Notes: generated by a model from the letters alone, not told the origin. DNA of 63,744 nucleotides, filler included, from Octopus bimaculoides (GCF_001194135.2; 4 parts of 4 records of this genome joined end to end with filler, not necessarily neighbours in it); one strand, 5' to 3'; counted from the first letter of the whole stretch, positions 49,913-63,048 are shown. Program-made: numbers and translations.

Positions 49913-51223
49913 AGCACCGGGCTGAATAACAGCATGGATGTGCTACACCGGGCTCCCTATACAAAAACAAATCTAATCCAATAACATCGATGGAATTAGG
50001 CAAAAGAACCGGTGGAAGATTTGAGGGAAGCGGTCTTTTAACGAAGATAATTTTAAAAAATGAAATTTTACTGTCATACAAAGCACAGGTTCTCCTATGC
50101 ACGATGTCTCAGTGAAACACGTGCGATCACACACGCAAAACCAACACCGGAAAGTTTACAAACTATAAAAAAAGAAATGGAACAAAATAGTAAGTACATA
50201 TATTGAACAATTACGCATACACTCGAACGTCTACACAATGATATATACGTTTTGAGACCCATAGAACTACACATGCATCTTTATGTTTACACAACTACGT
50301 GAAATTCACAGGACAAACTCAAGCATACGAAAACACCTATCACAAACGAAGCAAAAACAAAACTCTTTCTCTTTCTTCTTTATTTAGTTTCATTTTGTGA
50401 ACAAACACAGACAGAGTGAACCATTCATAAGTTTAAAACGCCACAAAAAAAAACAAAAACAAAAAATACACTATGCCCGGAGATAAATCTATCAACAAAA
50501 AAACAAAATACAGACGAATACCGATATGCTAGCCTTAAGAAACTACGCTACGAGCAATGTTTACATGCTGAGAACTCGGTGACGGTGCTGTCTCAAAAAA
50601 TTGACCCTAAACAGACAAATCCGTCCCCTAATGTCAACGCCAAAGCTCGTCATGCCTCAATGATAACAAAGCAGATTAAAAACCAGATTGGTCGTCGACC
50701 GAATCACAAAGGGCCACGTACTCGATATAGATCTGCTAGCCTTAAGAAGCTACGTCACGAGAGCTCGGAGAGGAGTGTTGTCTCAAAAAATTAACCCTAA
50801 ACAGACAGATCCGTCCCCTAGCATCAACGTCGAAGCTTGTTATGCCTCACTGTTAATAGAACAAAATACAAACCGGCATGGTCATAGACCGGATTATAAA
50901 GGACCACTTACTCGGATGATGAACCAGATTCGAGACGAGAAATCTGCTACTGGTTCAAATCTTCCCGACACACAGGAGCTGGAAGTACCCCACAACCGGA
51001 ATATTCCAACAGATCCATGCTCATCACCAAACAACCAACAGAAAAAGAATGAAAATGGTCTAGGGAAGATAATAAAGAAGTTCTTACGGCCTTCTACCAT
51101 GCGATATATTTCCCCACAAATAAATCGAATACTGTACAAACCTACTTAAACTGCAGACAGAAACACCTTGAAATAAGAGCCTACATAGACAGTAACAAAC
51201 TTGCCAACGTCAGAAGAAACATT
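49913..51223 (+). mobile_element. 5' region of an RLE-type (R4/Dong-like) LINE: leader, duplicated N-terminal module, Myb-like start
   Basis: KWSREDNKEVLTAFYHAIY...QTYLNCRQKH...DSNKLANVRRNI resembles the R4/Dong N-terminus; follows (AAT)n/(GATA)n; ends at a gap. Confidence 0.55.
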
Positions 51224-51324
51224 NNNNNNNNNNNNNNNNNNNNNNNNNNNNNNNNNNNNNNNNNNNNNNNNNNNNNNNNNNNNNNNNNNNNNNNNNNNNN
51301 NNNNNNNNNNNNNNNNNNNNNNNA

Positions 51325-54175
51325 ATCACGAAATAAGCATTTTAAAGTTTTGTCGGTTTTTCATGATTATTTGCAAAATTTTGTAAGTTTGTGTTTTCTG
51401 AAAACCCTTGTGAGTTCGATGAACTCTTTGATAAATATAATGTTTTCAACACCCATGTAGCTTATATTAATCATCTATAATTCAAAATGAATAGTGGTTT
51501 TGCAAAAATGAAAACTACCTAAAAGTGTCTAAAATCGATTTCCAACGTTTTAGGTCTTCATGTTTTCTTTGAAAAGTATGGATTTCAATGAAATATTTTG
51601 TAAATATAATGATCAAAATTATTAGTAAGTGTATATTAACACATTACTTCTGAATCTGAAAAAAACTGAAAGTCATAAAACAATAATTTTCATTTCTAAA
51701 TTTCGTCTGATTTTCAACATTTTCGGTGGTCGTGTTTTGTGAGAAAGTTGAGGTTTCAGTTTAAAGTTTGGTAGATATAATCTTCACTATCTGTTAATTT
51801 ATATGAAGCATTTATTTCTGAATCTCACAAATAAAATTCAGAAAAAAATTAATATAAGACTTTTAATTCTAAATTAGAGAAAAGTGTCAGGCAGTTTTCT
51901 GAGAACGTTCAAGAATTCAGTGAAATATTTGTGAAATATATTGTCTACCGCTATATTAACCCATTCTTAATCTGAAAAAAGTAGGTACAGCATACGATGT
52001 ATAAAATGTTGACACATAACGAACGTTGACCTAATCAGAAGACATGAACCAGTTATTGCCAAATGTGAGTGAGTGTTTTCCAAGGAGGCATGATGCAATG
52101 GCGAGAACGATTTGGAACTAGAATAGTTTTTAATACCCACATGTTAAAACTTCACTGGTCACATGTGGTGTCATGCAAATTACATGTGAAAATTTTGAAA
52201 AGCTTTCTTAAAATTTGTCAACACTTTTTCAGCGATTATGTACACATATTTTCTGAGAAATGTTTTGAATTCAGTTAATTATAATGAGTATATGAAACGC
52301 ATGGTAACCAATTTAGAATCTGACAACTGTGAGTCAGCAAAATTAAAAATCACAAGTGACGGATAGTAGTCAGAGAAAGTGCAATGGCTCAGTTCAAAAT
52401 TTTGGAAAGATTAGCTGATGTTTTCCAATGTATTTCTCCAAAAAAAAAAAAGAAAAGGCTGCAGTGATATGTTTGGTAAACATCATCTTCAGTGTTATTT
52501 GTGAGAAAGTTGAGATTTCAGTGTAATGTTTGGTAGATATAAGCTTCATCTATTATTTATATGAACCCATTACTTCTGAATCTGACAAATAACATTGGGA
52601 AACTTTGAAAGTCACTAGTTTTCAGAAGACTTCGTGCTGATTTCCAACATTTTCGCTTGTGTTTTCTGAGAACATTTTAGTAATATGTGTGGTAGATATA
52701 ATGTTCTCAGCTGGTAGATAATGTACATTATCCCATTACGTTGGAATCTGACAAGTGTGAGTGAGAAATGAGTATTAGCGTGAGAAAAGAATAATCTTTT
52801 TATTTCAAAATTAGAGAAAGGTTTTATGCTGTTATCCGACATTTTCAGTCATCATATTTTCTGAGAAATTTGGATATTTCAGTGAAATATTTGCTAAATA
52901 TATTGTCTACTGTTGTTAGTAGATATATAAAAACCCATTACTTTTCGATCTGAACAAAGTACCTTGGCAGAAGACCTCAACCAGCTATTGCCAACCAAGG
53001 CAGAAACACTTTGTAAATGAATTTGTCACGAGGCATGATGCAGTGGCGAGAATGAATCAGAACACGATTACTTCTTAGTCCCCTCAATTTAAAACTGAAC
53101 TACTTACATGTGTGAACCAACATGTAAGTGTGACCAGGAGAAAATTACGAAAATTCACCAAAAGTTTACCAAAATCTTTATTTCAAAATTGTCAAATGAT
53201 TTGCTGAAGATTTTCAACACTTTCTAGCGATTATATCCACAAGAAATATTTTGACTTCGGTTAAACATAGTATTTAAAGTGTGTGGTAACCAATTCAGAA
53301 TCTGTGTGAGAGAGAAATTAAAAAATCACAAGAATAGTTGTAGTCTGAGAAAGTTCAATGTTTCATGTCAATATTTTATTTGCTGCTCATCCCCTATATT
53401 TTCATTTCTATGTTTTCTAGAAAAACAATTCAATGCAGTGAAATGCTTGGTAAATATGGCATTCAGAGTAGTTCTGAATCTGACAATTGTTGGGAACACT
53501 TAAATCATTAATAATGAGAAGACAACAAATTTTTATTTTAAACATTTCGTATAATTTTATGCTGATTTCTAGCATTTTGGACTTCATTCATCACTAAAAT
53601 GAATATCAACCACAAAAAGGAATAAGTTTTTATTTCAAAATCTTCAAAAGTCTGATTTCTAACATTTTCGGTCGTCAAGTTTTTGGAGAAAGGGTGAGAT
53701 TTCAGTGAAATGTTTCCGTGGATATAATCTTCACAACTGTAAGTATATAATGATCACAGTTTTAGTAAATATATATGGACTCATTTATTCTGTATCTAAT
53801 TAGTAAAACTGAAAAAAATTTGAAATTCACTAATAAGAAAATAATTTTTCACTTCAAAATTTCCAAAAGATTTGATGTTGATTTGCAACATTTTTGGTTT
53901 TCATGATTTGTGAGAAAGGTTGAGATTTGAATGAAATGTTTGGTATGTTAATGAACTCTGTGTGAACCCATTACTTTTGAATCTGACAGATAAAATTGAG
54001 AAAAACTGAAATGAATTATTTATTGTGAATATAAGCCTGACAAAACACTTTGTACTAACTTCCAACAATTTAGGTTTTCATGTTTTCTGAGAAAGGTTGA
54101 GATTTCAGTGAAATGTCTGGTGGATATAATCTTCACATCTGTTTACCATCTTAATCTGAAAAAATTGCTGATGAT
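51325..54175. repeat. Ancient degenerate satellite, ~160-250 bp monomer, ~0.93-0.96 kb second-order duplication
   Basis: GAGAAAGGTTGAGATTTCAGTGAAATGTTTGGTAGATATAAT-like motif near 51571, 51741, 51901, 52255, 52503, 52668, 52863, 53420, 53686, 53912, 54089; block at 52038 recurs at 52970. Confidence 0.75.
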
Positions 54176-54187
54176 TTCCAATATTTA

Positions 54188-54265
54188 CAGGTTGGTCTAT
54201 ACGATTGTGGTCTTTTTGCACTTGCATACGCATTTGGATTGGTCATTGGAAACCGTATAAAAGTA
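54188..54265 (+). pseudogene. Short Ulp1/C48-like cysteine protease catalytic-motif fragment
   Basis: QVGLYDCGLFALAYAFGLVIG fits the Q-x(4)-DCGLFA-x-A pattern; only 26 codons, preceded by TTTACAG. Confidence 0.4.
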
Positions 54266-55020
54266 GCTCATCGACACCAGAGTTTCGCCGAGAACGTCGT
54301 CGAACTTTCCCTCAACTAGCCCTTTATAGAACGCTAGAGGGGAAACTACCACCGACCGTATTGCCCGCCTGCCGGAGGGCTGTGAGCACTTGATGGCACT
54401 TTTGGTGCCAAGCGCCCCTCCTCGGTCTATACCTAACCCCGGATTACAGCTCAGTCAAAGAGACGAGCTGTGAAAAAGTGTCTCTTACAAAATGTGAACA
54501 CACTTGCTTACCGTCAAGGAAATTCTGGAGATGCCGCAAACCTTCCATAGAAAGTGGAAGGGTAAGCGCACCAGCTTCGTCATCCAGTAAACAAGGTACG
54601 ATAGTCAAGCGGTAATAGATGGCGTATGTGATGTACGCATTCGCCACCTCCGCTGACCTTTCTGGGAGAACTTCCTCTCGGCCCATTTCTGGGTTAGATT
54701 TGCAACCCTGCTCGTAACCTCGTCCTAGTTCTTCTCCACCTGGAAGTCCTGACCAAACCAGACTCCGAGGAACTAAACGAGACCGTCGTTCCAGCGCTCT
54801 ACGACGCCATGGGACGGCATGGACTTACCTCTAGTTGCAACCCCACTGACTTTTCCGTGTTAATTTCTGTTCCTGTCACCGCTTCATATTCTTGTACTGC
54901 TTTTCCAATCAGGTCTATATGCCTGTGGGTCGAAATTATGACGGTGAAATCATCAGCGTAAGCAGACAAAATTCTCCCACATCCTCGATCACGCGGGATA
55001 CCTCTTAAAGCGTCCATAAA
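54265..55020 (-). mobile_element. Tx1/L1-clade ORF2 fragment (RT YADD to post-RT region)
   Basis: LSAYADDFTVII...YEAVTG.EIN.EKSVGLQL; RSAEVANAYI..YYRLT; AFYKGLVEGKFDDVLG, homologous to 35700-36000. Confidence 0.85.
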
Positions 55021-55028
55021 CGATAATA

Positions 55029-55074
<46 letters not shown>

Positions 55075-55096
55075 CGACAACAACAACAACAACAAC

Positions 55097-55765
55097 CGAT
55101 AGCGACAAATGCAGAATGTGTGGTAAGACGGGTGAAACTGTATGGCACATCGTTAGCGAATGCCCGAAATTGGCACAACGCAAATACAAAAAATGCCATA
55201 ACATTGTGGCAAGAACCATCCATTGGGAGCTCTGTGAAAATCATGGCGTACAAAGAGCAAAGACATGGTATGAGAAAAATCCAGAAGGCGTTACCGAAAT
55301 TGAGAATTGCAAAATCCTGTGGGATGCAATGATCCAGTGCGATCACCCATCTTCGGAAACCGGACATTGTTGTTGTGAATAAAAAAGAAAGACCACGTAT
55401 GATAATCAACATAGCATGTCCCGGTGACAAGAGGAGCAATGTGAAAGAAGATAAAAATAAACTATGACGATTTGATGTGGGAAATGCGAAGGTTTTGGTG
55501 AATTAAGAGAGTAGACCTGATACCAACAGTGAATGGTGCACTTGGAAGTATCAGCACTTAACTACCAACATGGCTGAAAAAAATTGGTGCAAGTGTGAAT
55601 GTAGAACAGCCACAGAAATCAGCACTGCTTGGAACTGCAAGAATTTTTCGCAAGGGGTTTTGAAGCATGACCAGTTAACAAGTGTAACCTTAGTCTGCTG
55701 GCTGTGGATAGCTGACACTATCCATCATACTCAGCAAAATAAGCTGTGTTTTCCTATAGTAGTAC
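55097..55765 (+). mobile_element. R4/Dong-like LINE 3' end (CCHC plus RLE) with (AAT)n tail
   Basis: DKCRMCGKTGETVWHIVSEC...KILWD...PDIVVVNKKE...IACPGD...GALGS...QKSALLGTARI. Confidence 0.88.
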
Positions 55766-55767
55766 TA

Positions 55768-55809
<42 letters not shown>

Positions 55810-55811
<2 letters not shown>

Positions 55812-56891
55812 CCCTCAAACCCATTCGAACAGGAGTTCCACCACCCACACAGACCTTGTGGATAAATAATATCCAAAACAAAATTTAAAAAAAGAGAAAA
55901 GATCTATCGATTCTCAACGAAATTAGTAGACAATCAACACAACTAAGTAACAAGAAGAAAACAAAAATACTGACAAATACAACATTACAGAAAAAGATTT
56001 ACCTGAGGCAAAAGAAAAGCTAAAGCTAGATATCCTTGCCAAAGCACAAAGGATCCGCCGGTATGAGAAACGCCAACGTTTCTTTGAACAAAACAAACAG
56101 TTCAAATCCAACCCCCAAAAATTCTACCAAGAACTGGGTAAAAATAAAATAGACATTACTGCAGCACCAACAGCAGAGGTAGTGGAAGAATTTTAGAAAG
56201 AAATATGGTCGGTGAAGCAACAACCCCAGAAAAGGTCCATTAAAACAACGAACTTAGCACCTGAGCAACTCTGGACCCCTATAACAACTGAAGAGGTCAC
56301 CCAGGCACTGCAAAGACTAAGCAGCTGGAAGGCACCTGGGCACGACAACATCCCCAACTTCTGGTTAAAATACCCGACAGGAATGCACAAAAAGCTAGCT
56401 TTAAAATTTTAACAACATACTAGCAGAACCAGAGACAATACCTGAATGGCTCACGAAAGGGAAAACCATCTTAATTCCCAATTCCACGGAAACGGAGAAA
56501 CCACAAAACTACAGACCTATAACCTGTCCTACAATCTACAAAGCCTTTACTGCAATAATATCGCAGAAATTGAGTAAGCACCTGGAAAATAACAACCTGT
56601 TTCCAGAAGAGCTGTAAAGATCAATTGATGATCAATAAAGCCATAACTGAAGACAGCCGCAGAAAGAAGAAAAGCCTCAGTATGGCCTGGACCGACTACA
56701 GAAAGGCTTTCGACAGTGTTCCCCACGCGTGGATCCTCGAAACACTAGCCATAAACAAGGTGGCACCAATTATTATAAAATATATAAGGCACTCTATGAA
56801 TAAATGGCAGACAGTGCTACAGCTCCAAACAAAAGAGAGACTCATGAAAACGAAAGCCATCTCCATTAGAAGAGGAATATTCCAGGGAGAC
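55810..56891 (+). mobile_element. R4/Dong-like LINE pre-RT and RT N-terminal half
   Basis: KAQRIRRYEKRQ...WKAPGHDNIPNFWLK...NYRPITC...SMAWTDYRKAFDSVPH...RRGIFQGD; ends at linker. Confidence 0.9.
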
Positions 56892-56991
56892 NNNNNNNNN
56901 NNNNNNNNNNNNNNNNNNNNNNNNNNNNNNNNNNNTTAATTAATTAANNNNNNNNNNNNNNNNNNNNNNNNNNNNNNNNNNNNNNNNNNNN
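56892..56991. other. Artificial scaffold linker
   Basis: N44-TTAATTAATTAA-N44. Confidence 0.95.
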
Positions 56992-57038
<47 letters not shown>

Positions 57039-58394
57039 CTGTGTGCGTGCGTGTGTGTGTGCCTGTGTATCTGAAAGGTGTGTCAGTGGGAAGAGGATAT
57101 ATACACATGTATATATAAATGAACGTATACATGTGTACATACATACCTATATATGTATGTACGCATATGTGTGTTATATGTTCGTGTATGAGTATATATT
57201 TCTGTGTCTGTCTACGTACATATGTTTCTTCAATTCGTAAGATTGGAGGCATATCAACATGGAGTACGGGAAAGATTGTCCAGACAGTATCACACAGAAT
57301 AAACAGCGAATAATAAATGCCTGACAGTGGATAAATAATGTCTGATGAGCGTGGTGTTGCATGATGTATGATGCAATCCAAAATGTTGTATTATGATATT
57401 AGTTGAAGACTCTCAGCAAAACAATTTTTAAATGAAAAATTCATTCGAACATTCGTTTATTTGTGTGGGTGTGTGCGTCTTTGTGCGTGTGTGTGCACAT
57501 GTATTTGTACGTATGTGTGAACATCTCTGCATGTGTATGTCTACATGTGGCTTTGGCAATATGCACACACACACACACTCACACATATAAAATGAAAATC
57601 CTTAACATTAACGTGATCATAGATGCTGTCTTTATCGGGGCAGCGATGTTATGGAGGAGAAGGAGGATAATGGAGATGATGATGATGATGATGATGACGA
57701 TGATGGTGATGATGACGACGACAGCGACGACGATGATGGCCTTAGGACCAAGAAGACAAGAATAGTGGGTACCGCTCAGAAGATATCCTAAAGGATAGAG
57801 AACGGAGAGACAACAGGCAGAGGAGAAAGACAGCAAGATGGAGCGACAGAGAGAAAAAGGGAAGGGGTGAAGGGAAAAATAAAGAGAAAAGAGAAAGGCT
57901 TGTAATACAAGAGGGATGGAAGGAAAAGGAGAAAGTAGAAAGGCTAGAATAGAAATGAGGGTGAGAAAAGGAGAAAGTAGAAAGGCTAGAATAAAAGTGA
58001 GAGGGTGAGAGAAAGAAAAGGGGAAAGAATAAAAGTAAGGGAGAAAGAATCACACAGGTATATAAAAAAAAAAACTTACTTGTTTATACAAATTCGGTGT
58101 GTGTTGCGTTCCATTACTTATTTAATGAAAAGATGTATAATAAATAAACAAACAAACGACTTTCTCTTCATTCTCACCTTCCTGCCTCTTTCACTTCACT
58201 CTGTTCCTTTTCTTTATTTCTCGTTGCTCCGTTTTTTCTCGTCCCTATCCCTCTGCCTCTACCTCTCACTTCTCTCTTCACGTCACCGGTGTTCGGCCAA
58301 GCCTGACCTTTCTTTCTTGGTTCGACTACCATTCGTGTAACATCTGTATTCCTCCTTATGCCTGTCACCTTTTATGTCCCTGCCGTAAGGCTTC

Positions 58395-58690
58395 ACTTCC
58401 TCACACACCAGCTTAATTTAATTCGTCCTTAGTCGAAAGACATCTGTTGTTAATGCCTTTTATTTGCATTTGTATTTGTGTACCGTTTCTCCGTTTTTTC
58501 CGACCTTGTTTTCGTATACATTCGCCGCTTTCTTCCGAGGAATCTAGTGCTCTTAGCTTAGTTTTTTCTTGGGGCTGGTCAGATTGGAGTATAACCACCC
58601 GAAACTGCAAAAATAATCTGGAACTCGACTGAAGAAAGAAGACTCCGAATGACACGTCCTTGCTTTTTTCTGTATTGTCTGTCTGGATGT
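58395..58690 (-). mobile_element. Unclassified dispersed repeat, inverted partner of 59775-60040
   Basis: GTCATTCGGAG...CAGCCCCAAG...CTAAGAGCACTAGATTCC...AAGGACGAATTAAATTAA is shared. Confidence 0.7.
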
Positions 58691-59080
58691 GTTGTCCCTT
58701 TCTTGTATCATCTAACTGTTTGGATGTTTTGCGTTCTTGTCCCATTTTTNNNNNNNNNNNNNNNNNNNNNNNNNNNNNNNNNNNNNNNNNNNNNNNNNNN
58801 NNNNNNNNNNNNNNNNNNNNNNNNNNNNNNNNNNNNNNNNNNNNNNNNNNNNNNNNNNNNNNNNNNNNNNNNNNNNNNNNNNNNNNNNNNNNNNNNNNNN
58901 NNNNNNNNNNNNNNNNNNNNNNNNNNNNNNNNNNNNNNNNNNNNNNNNNNNNNNNNNNNNNNNNNNNNNNNNNNNNNNNNNNNNNNNNNNNNNNNNNNNN
59001 NNNNNNNNNNNNNNNNNNNNNNNNNNNNNNNNNNNNNNNNNNNNNNNNNNNNNNNNNNNNNNNNNNNNNNNNNNNNNNNN

Positions 59081-59134
<54 letters not shown>

Positions 59135-59449
59135 CTTACATATACACATAGGTAATTGAGTGTGCAAGTTGTGTTAATGTACATATGTGCATATATGAAT
59201 ACATACATAGTAAACGAGGAAATATTTTGTTAGGCTGTTTAAAGTCACTCTCGCTTGCACAATTATTCAATCTGGTACTGCACAAATAAGTGAATCCTAG
59301 AAGAAAACAAAATTCTAAAGAAACAAAAATGCGTTTCGTAATCAATGAGTTTGAATTACCGTAATGCATATATGTGCGTTGGAACCAACGAGAGAGAACC
59401 GTACATGATAACAGATACACATAAACGGTAGTACACACCTCAAAATACA

Positions 59450-59730
59450 TAATCGTGGAACAAAAATTGAAACTAATAAACTGTTATGTTATGCCTATTA
59501 TCCTCTATGAGGAATCCATGTGCAGAATATACAGAGCAATGGAGAAGAAGATAGAAGTCATTCAACTGTGGATCTTTCGCAGATTGAGCATAAGAAGCTG
59601 GATTAACAGAGTAAAAAATACTGCAGCGTCAGAAAAATTGTACGTCCTAAGGCACCTATTGTTGAGGACTAAGTCTACAAAGTGATCATGTTTTGGCCAT
59701 ACCATGGGCCATGAGTTATTGTTTGGTTTA
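59450..59730 (+). pseudogene. Second, older RTE-type LINE C-terminal fragment
   Basis: KLKLINCYVMPIILY...MEKKIEVIQLWIFRRL..RSWINRV.N...FGHTM. Confidence 0.75.
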
Positions 59731-59774
59731 TAAAAAAAACGAATTAAAAATCTGTGGACCAAATTGAACAGATC

Positions 59775-60040
59775 CTGGGTCATTCGGAGTTTTCTTTCCT
59801 CAGTCGAGTTCCACATTATCTTTGCAATTTCGGCTGGTTATACTCGAGATTACTCCAATCTGGCCAGCCCCAAGGAAAACCTAAGCTAAGAGCACTAGAT
59901 TCCTTGGAAGAAAGCAGCGAATGTATACAAAAACAAGGACGGAAGAAAACGGAGAAATGGTAAACAAATACAAATAACAGGACATCAACAACGAGTGTCT
60001 TTCGATTAAGGACGAATTAAATTAAACTGGCGTGTGTGAG
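59775..60040 (+). mobile_element. Unclassified dispersed repeat
   Basis: See 58395-58690. Confidence 0.7.
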
Positions 60041-60099
60041 AGTAAAGTTTTATGTATGTATGTATGTATGTATGTATGTATGTATGTATGTATGTACAG

Positions 60100-62365
60100 A
60101 TTTGTATGTTTTAAGTATGTATTCTTATGCATATAGTTACATATTTAGACATGCTCATATATATTTAAATGATAAACTTCTGGAAAGTCTTACAGATTTT
60201 TACAGTTTCAGTGATGGATTGGATCTGTAGTCTTCGAATTAGCTTACTCCTTTCTGATTTTGAGAAGCTTAATTTCTGAAGATTGGTATTTAGGCAGTGT
60301 GTTACATATCCCAGGGCTCCGATAATTACAGGTATAAACCTGAACTTGTAATCTGGATAGGGTAACTGGAGATTTCTCAATAATTCAGCATAGCTTTATG
60401 CTAACATCCGCTGGGTAGCTAATTTCCACAACTGTGCACAGTTTCTCTTCTTTATCCTCAATCATTATATCAGGTCTGTTGTGTTTACATTTTATTGAGG
60501 TCTTCACTGAAACATTCCACCAATATTCCTTTTCATTATGAGTCGCTATGGCTTATACCATATTATGGGTTTTTATTTCTTTATCCTTGGGATTATACTT
60601 CCGACGGATTTCATTATAGAGTGTCCTAGCTACAACGGTAGATAAAAACGTGATGATATTTTCGGACTGCTGCTTATGATGTGGGTGATATCTTCAGTGT
60701 GAACTTCACAAAGTCTGCATCGGTTGTCAAATTTTACTGCTTTTCCTGCATCTCTTATCCCTTTTATGCACCAGGTACTTGGTTGATAATTTCCTGTTCC
60801 TGGTTTTCAAACGCACACCCTTCAAAGTGGAGTTGGGGTAGTAATCCGGTTATTCGTCCATGATAAACTGCTTTGATGATCGATGTTACTATCATCACGG
60901 AGCTTTCTAGTAACATATCCATGCATAGTCTTCTGCTCATACAGGCCCATCCTTTCATCTGATGATACGTTGTGGTAGAGTCGTGCGACTTCTTTGGGCA
61001 TGTATTCTAGGTTATCAGACAAAGAGTGTTGCTCAAGGAGCCACTTTCCAAGTCTTATGATTTTATCAGCCTCATGTATGCAAACTTGGTCAAGGGATGC
61101 ACTTCGACACTTGGTGATTAAAAGATGTTGCCGAAGGGATACGATGCGACATTGAAAGGCATTTTGAATTGATGTTAAGCCTCTGCAACCTTGTTTTCAT
61201 TTTAGGTAGAGGCGGTCTACGTCATTGTTTATTGTGGGAATTATGTGCGTTTGTTAGTATTTTTCGGGTTTTCATATCAATGGCTCAGATCTCATCAAGC
61301 GTCCAATCTAGCAGCCCAAATGTTGGTATGAGCACTGGGACTGCAAACACATTGTGGGCCACTGTTTTATTGAATGCAGAGAGTTCTGAGGTTCAAATTT
61401 TCTTTATTCGGCTGTAATATTCTTTAGTGACATGTACTTTGTTACAAGTGCCATTGTAAAATATATTTTCATCCACCCCTAGATACCTGTAACATTTCTT
61501 GTCAGGTATGGGGGAAACAGTCAAATCATTAATGGAAATGTTACTAGTCTGGTTTATAATTTTCCCCTTTTTCACAAACATATACCATTTATCCTGACCA
61601 AACACCAATCCGACATCCTTTGAGAATGTTTTAACTAAGTCAAGGCGCTTACCTAAAGTTTTAAGTCATTCACAAAGAAACGATGTGTAATTTCGGTATT
61701 TCTGTTTTCTTGTGAACCAGTGAGATGTCCTTCAGACTTCCTTAAAATGAATGACAAGGGGTTTACAGAAATTATAAACTACATCACAGAGAAGCTGTCT
61801 CCTTGAAATATGCCTTTGCAATATTGTATTCTATCGGGGATAATACAGTCATTCTTTGTGTTTACTTTCCAGATGGTGGCCCACGATGAAGTCAGGTCAG
61901 CTATGGCTTTGACTATTCTCACTGGAACTTTAGCAAGTTGAAGGGCTTTTAGCATCCATGAGTGGGGAACAGAATCAAAGACTTTCTTTCAATCAAGCCC
62001 CATTGAAACTAGGTTCCTCCAATGCTCTCGCACCTCCGACATCAGTTTTGTTGATTAACAATTGCTGGGCATATCTCCAGACTCCCTTCTTCCCAGCTGC
62101 TTGTTCTGCTGTGATAATGTTATTGGTTTCACAATAGTCCTGGAGGAAGAAGCTTAAACATGCTGTACATATCTTATACATTAAGTTTTGGCATGCAATT
62201 GGCCGGAAGTTTTTTGCCATATGGGTGTTTCTGCGTTTAGGGATCAATTTTGCTTCTGCCAGAGCTGACCAGTGTGGTATGCTACTGTTCCCAATGAAAG
62301 CTTGCTGGTACAGATTGATAAGATATGGTCAGTAGAATGTTAGCTTCTTGTACCGATATCCAACG
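60100..62365 (-). mobile_element. RLE-type non-LTR retrotransposon (R4/NeSL-like), 5'-truncated, flanked by (TACA)n on both sides
   Basis: NFRPIACQN, FDSVPH, GIFQGD, YRYLGVDE, NRPDIMI, FIPVIIGALGYV; many stops. Confidence 0.88.
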
Positions 62366-62381
62366 ATCAAGTCTTTGTATG

Positions 62382-62415
<34 letters not shown>

Positions 62416-62467
62416 TGTATGTATGCATACCTATAATACATTAAAAGTCAGTTTCAATCTTGGTTGT

Positions 62468-62527
<60 letters not shown>

Positions 62528-62981
62528 AATGTTACTCAACAAAACTGGCGCATAATGGGAAAAAACGTGAATTAAGTTTACTCTGAATCGAATGAAATTA
62601 GTTTCGTGTAAATCGGCAAAATATTTTTCAAGATATTAGAGATTTTGAGGGTATAAATACCCAAAACGGTGCATNNNNNNNNNNNNNNNNNNNNNNNNNN
62701 NNNNNNNNNNNNNNNNNNNNNNNNNNNNNNNNNNNNNNNNNNNNNNNNNNNNNNNNNNNNNNNNNNNNNNNNNNNNNNNNNNNNNNNNNNNNNNNNNNNN
62801 NNNNNNNNNNNNNNNNNNNNNNNNNNNNNNNNNNNNNNNNNNNNNNNNNNNNNNNNNNNNNNNNNNNNNNNNNNNNNNNNNNNNNNNNNNNNNNNNNNNN
62901 NNNNNNNNNNNNNNNNNNNNNNNNNNNNNNNNNNNNNNNNNNNNNNNNNNNNNNNNNNNNNNNNNNNNNNNNNNNNNNNNN

Positions 62982-63048
<67 letters not shown>

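Noticed and set aside
49913-49990. HDV-like ribozyme at the 5' end of the RLE LINE
   Set aside because: I could not build the P1/P2/P3 nested pseudoknot.
54266-54393. Plus-strand continuation of the Ulp1-like frame
   Set aside because: It is the antisense of Tx1 ORF2 (AFYKGLVEGKFDDVLG on minus).
57342-57349. CTGATGAG hammerhead core
   Set aside because: No stem II or GAAA downstream.
57900-58010. ~43-bp tandem duplication in a purine-rich tract
   Set aside because: Low-complexity slippage, two copies only.
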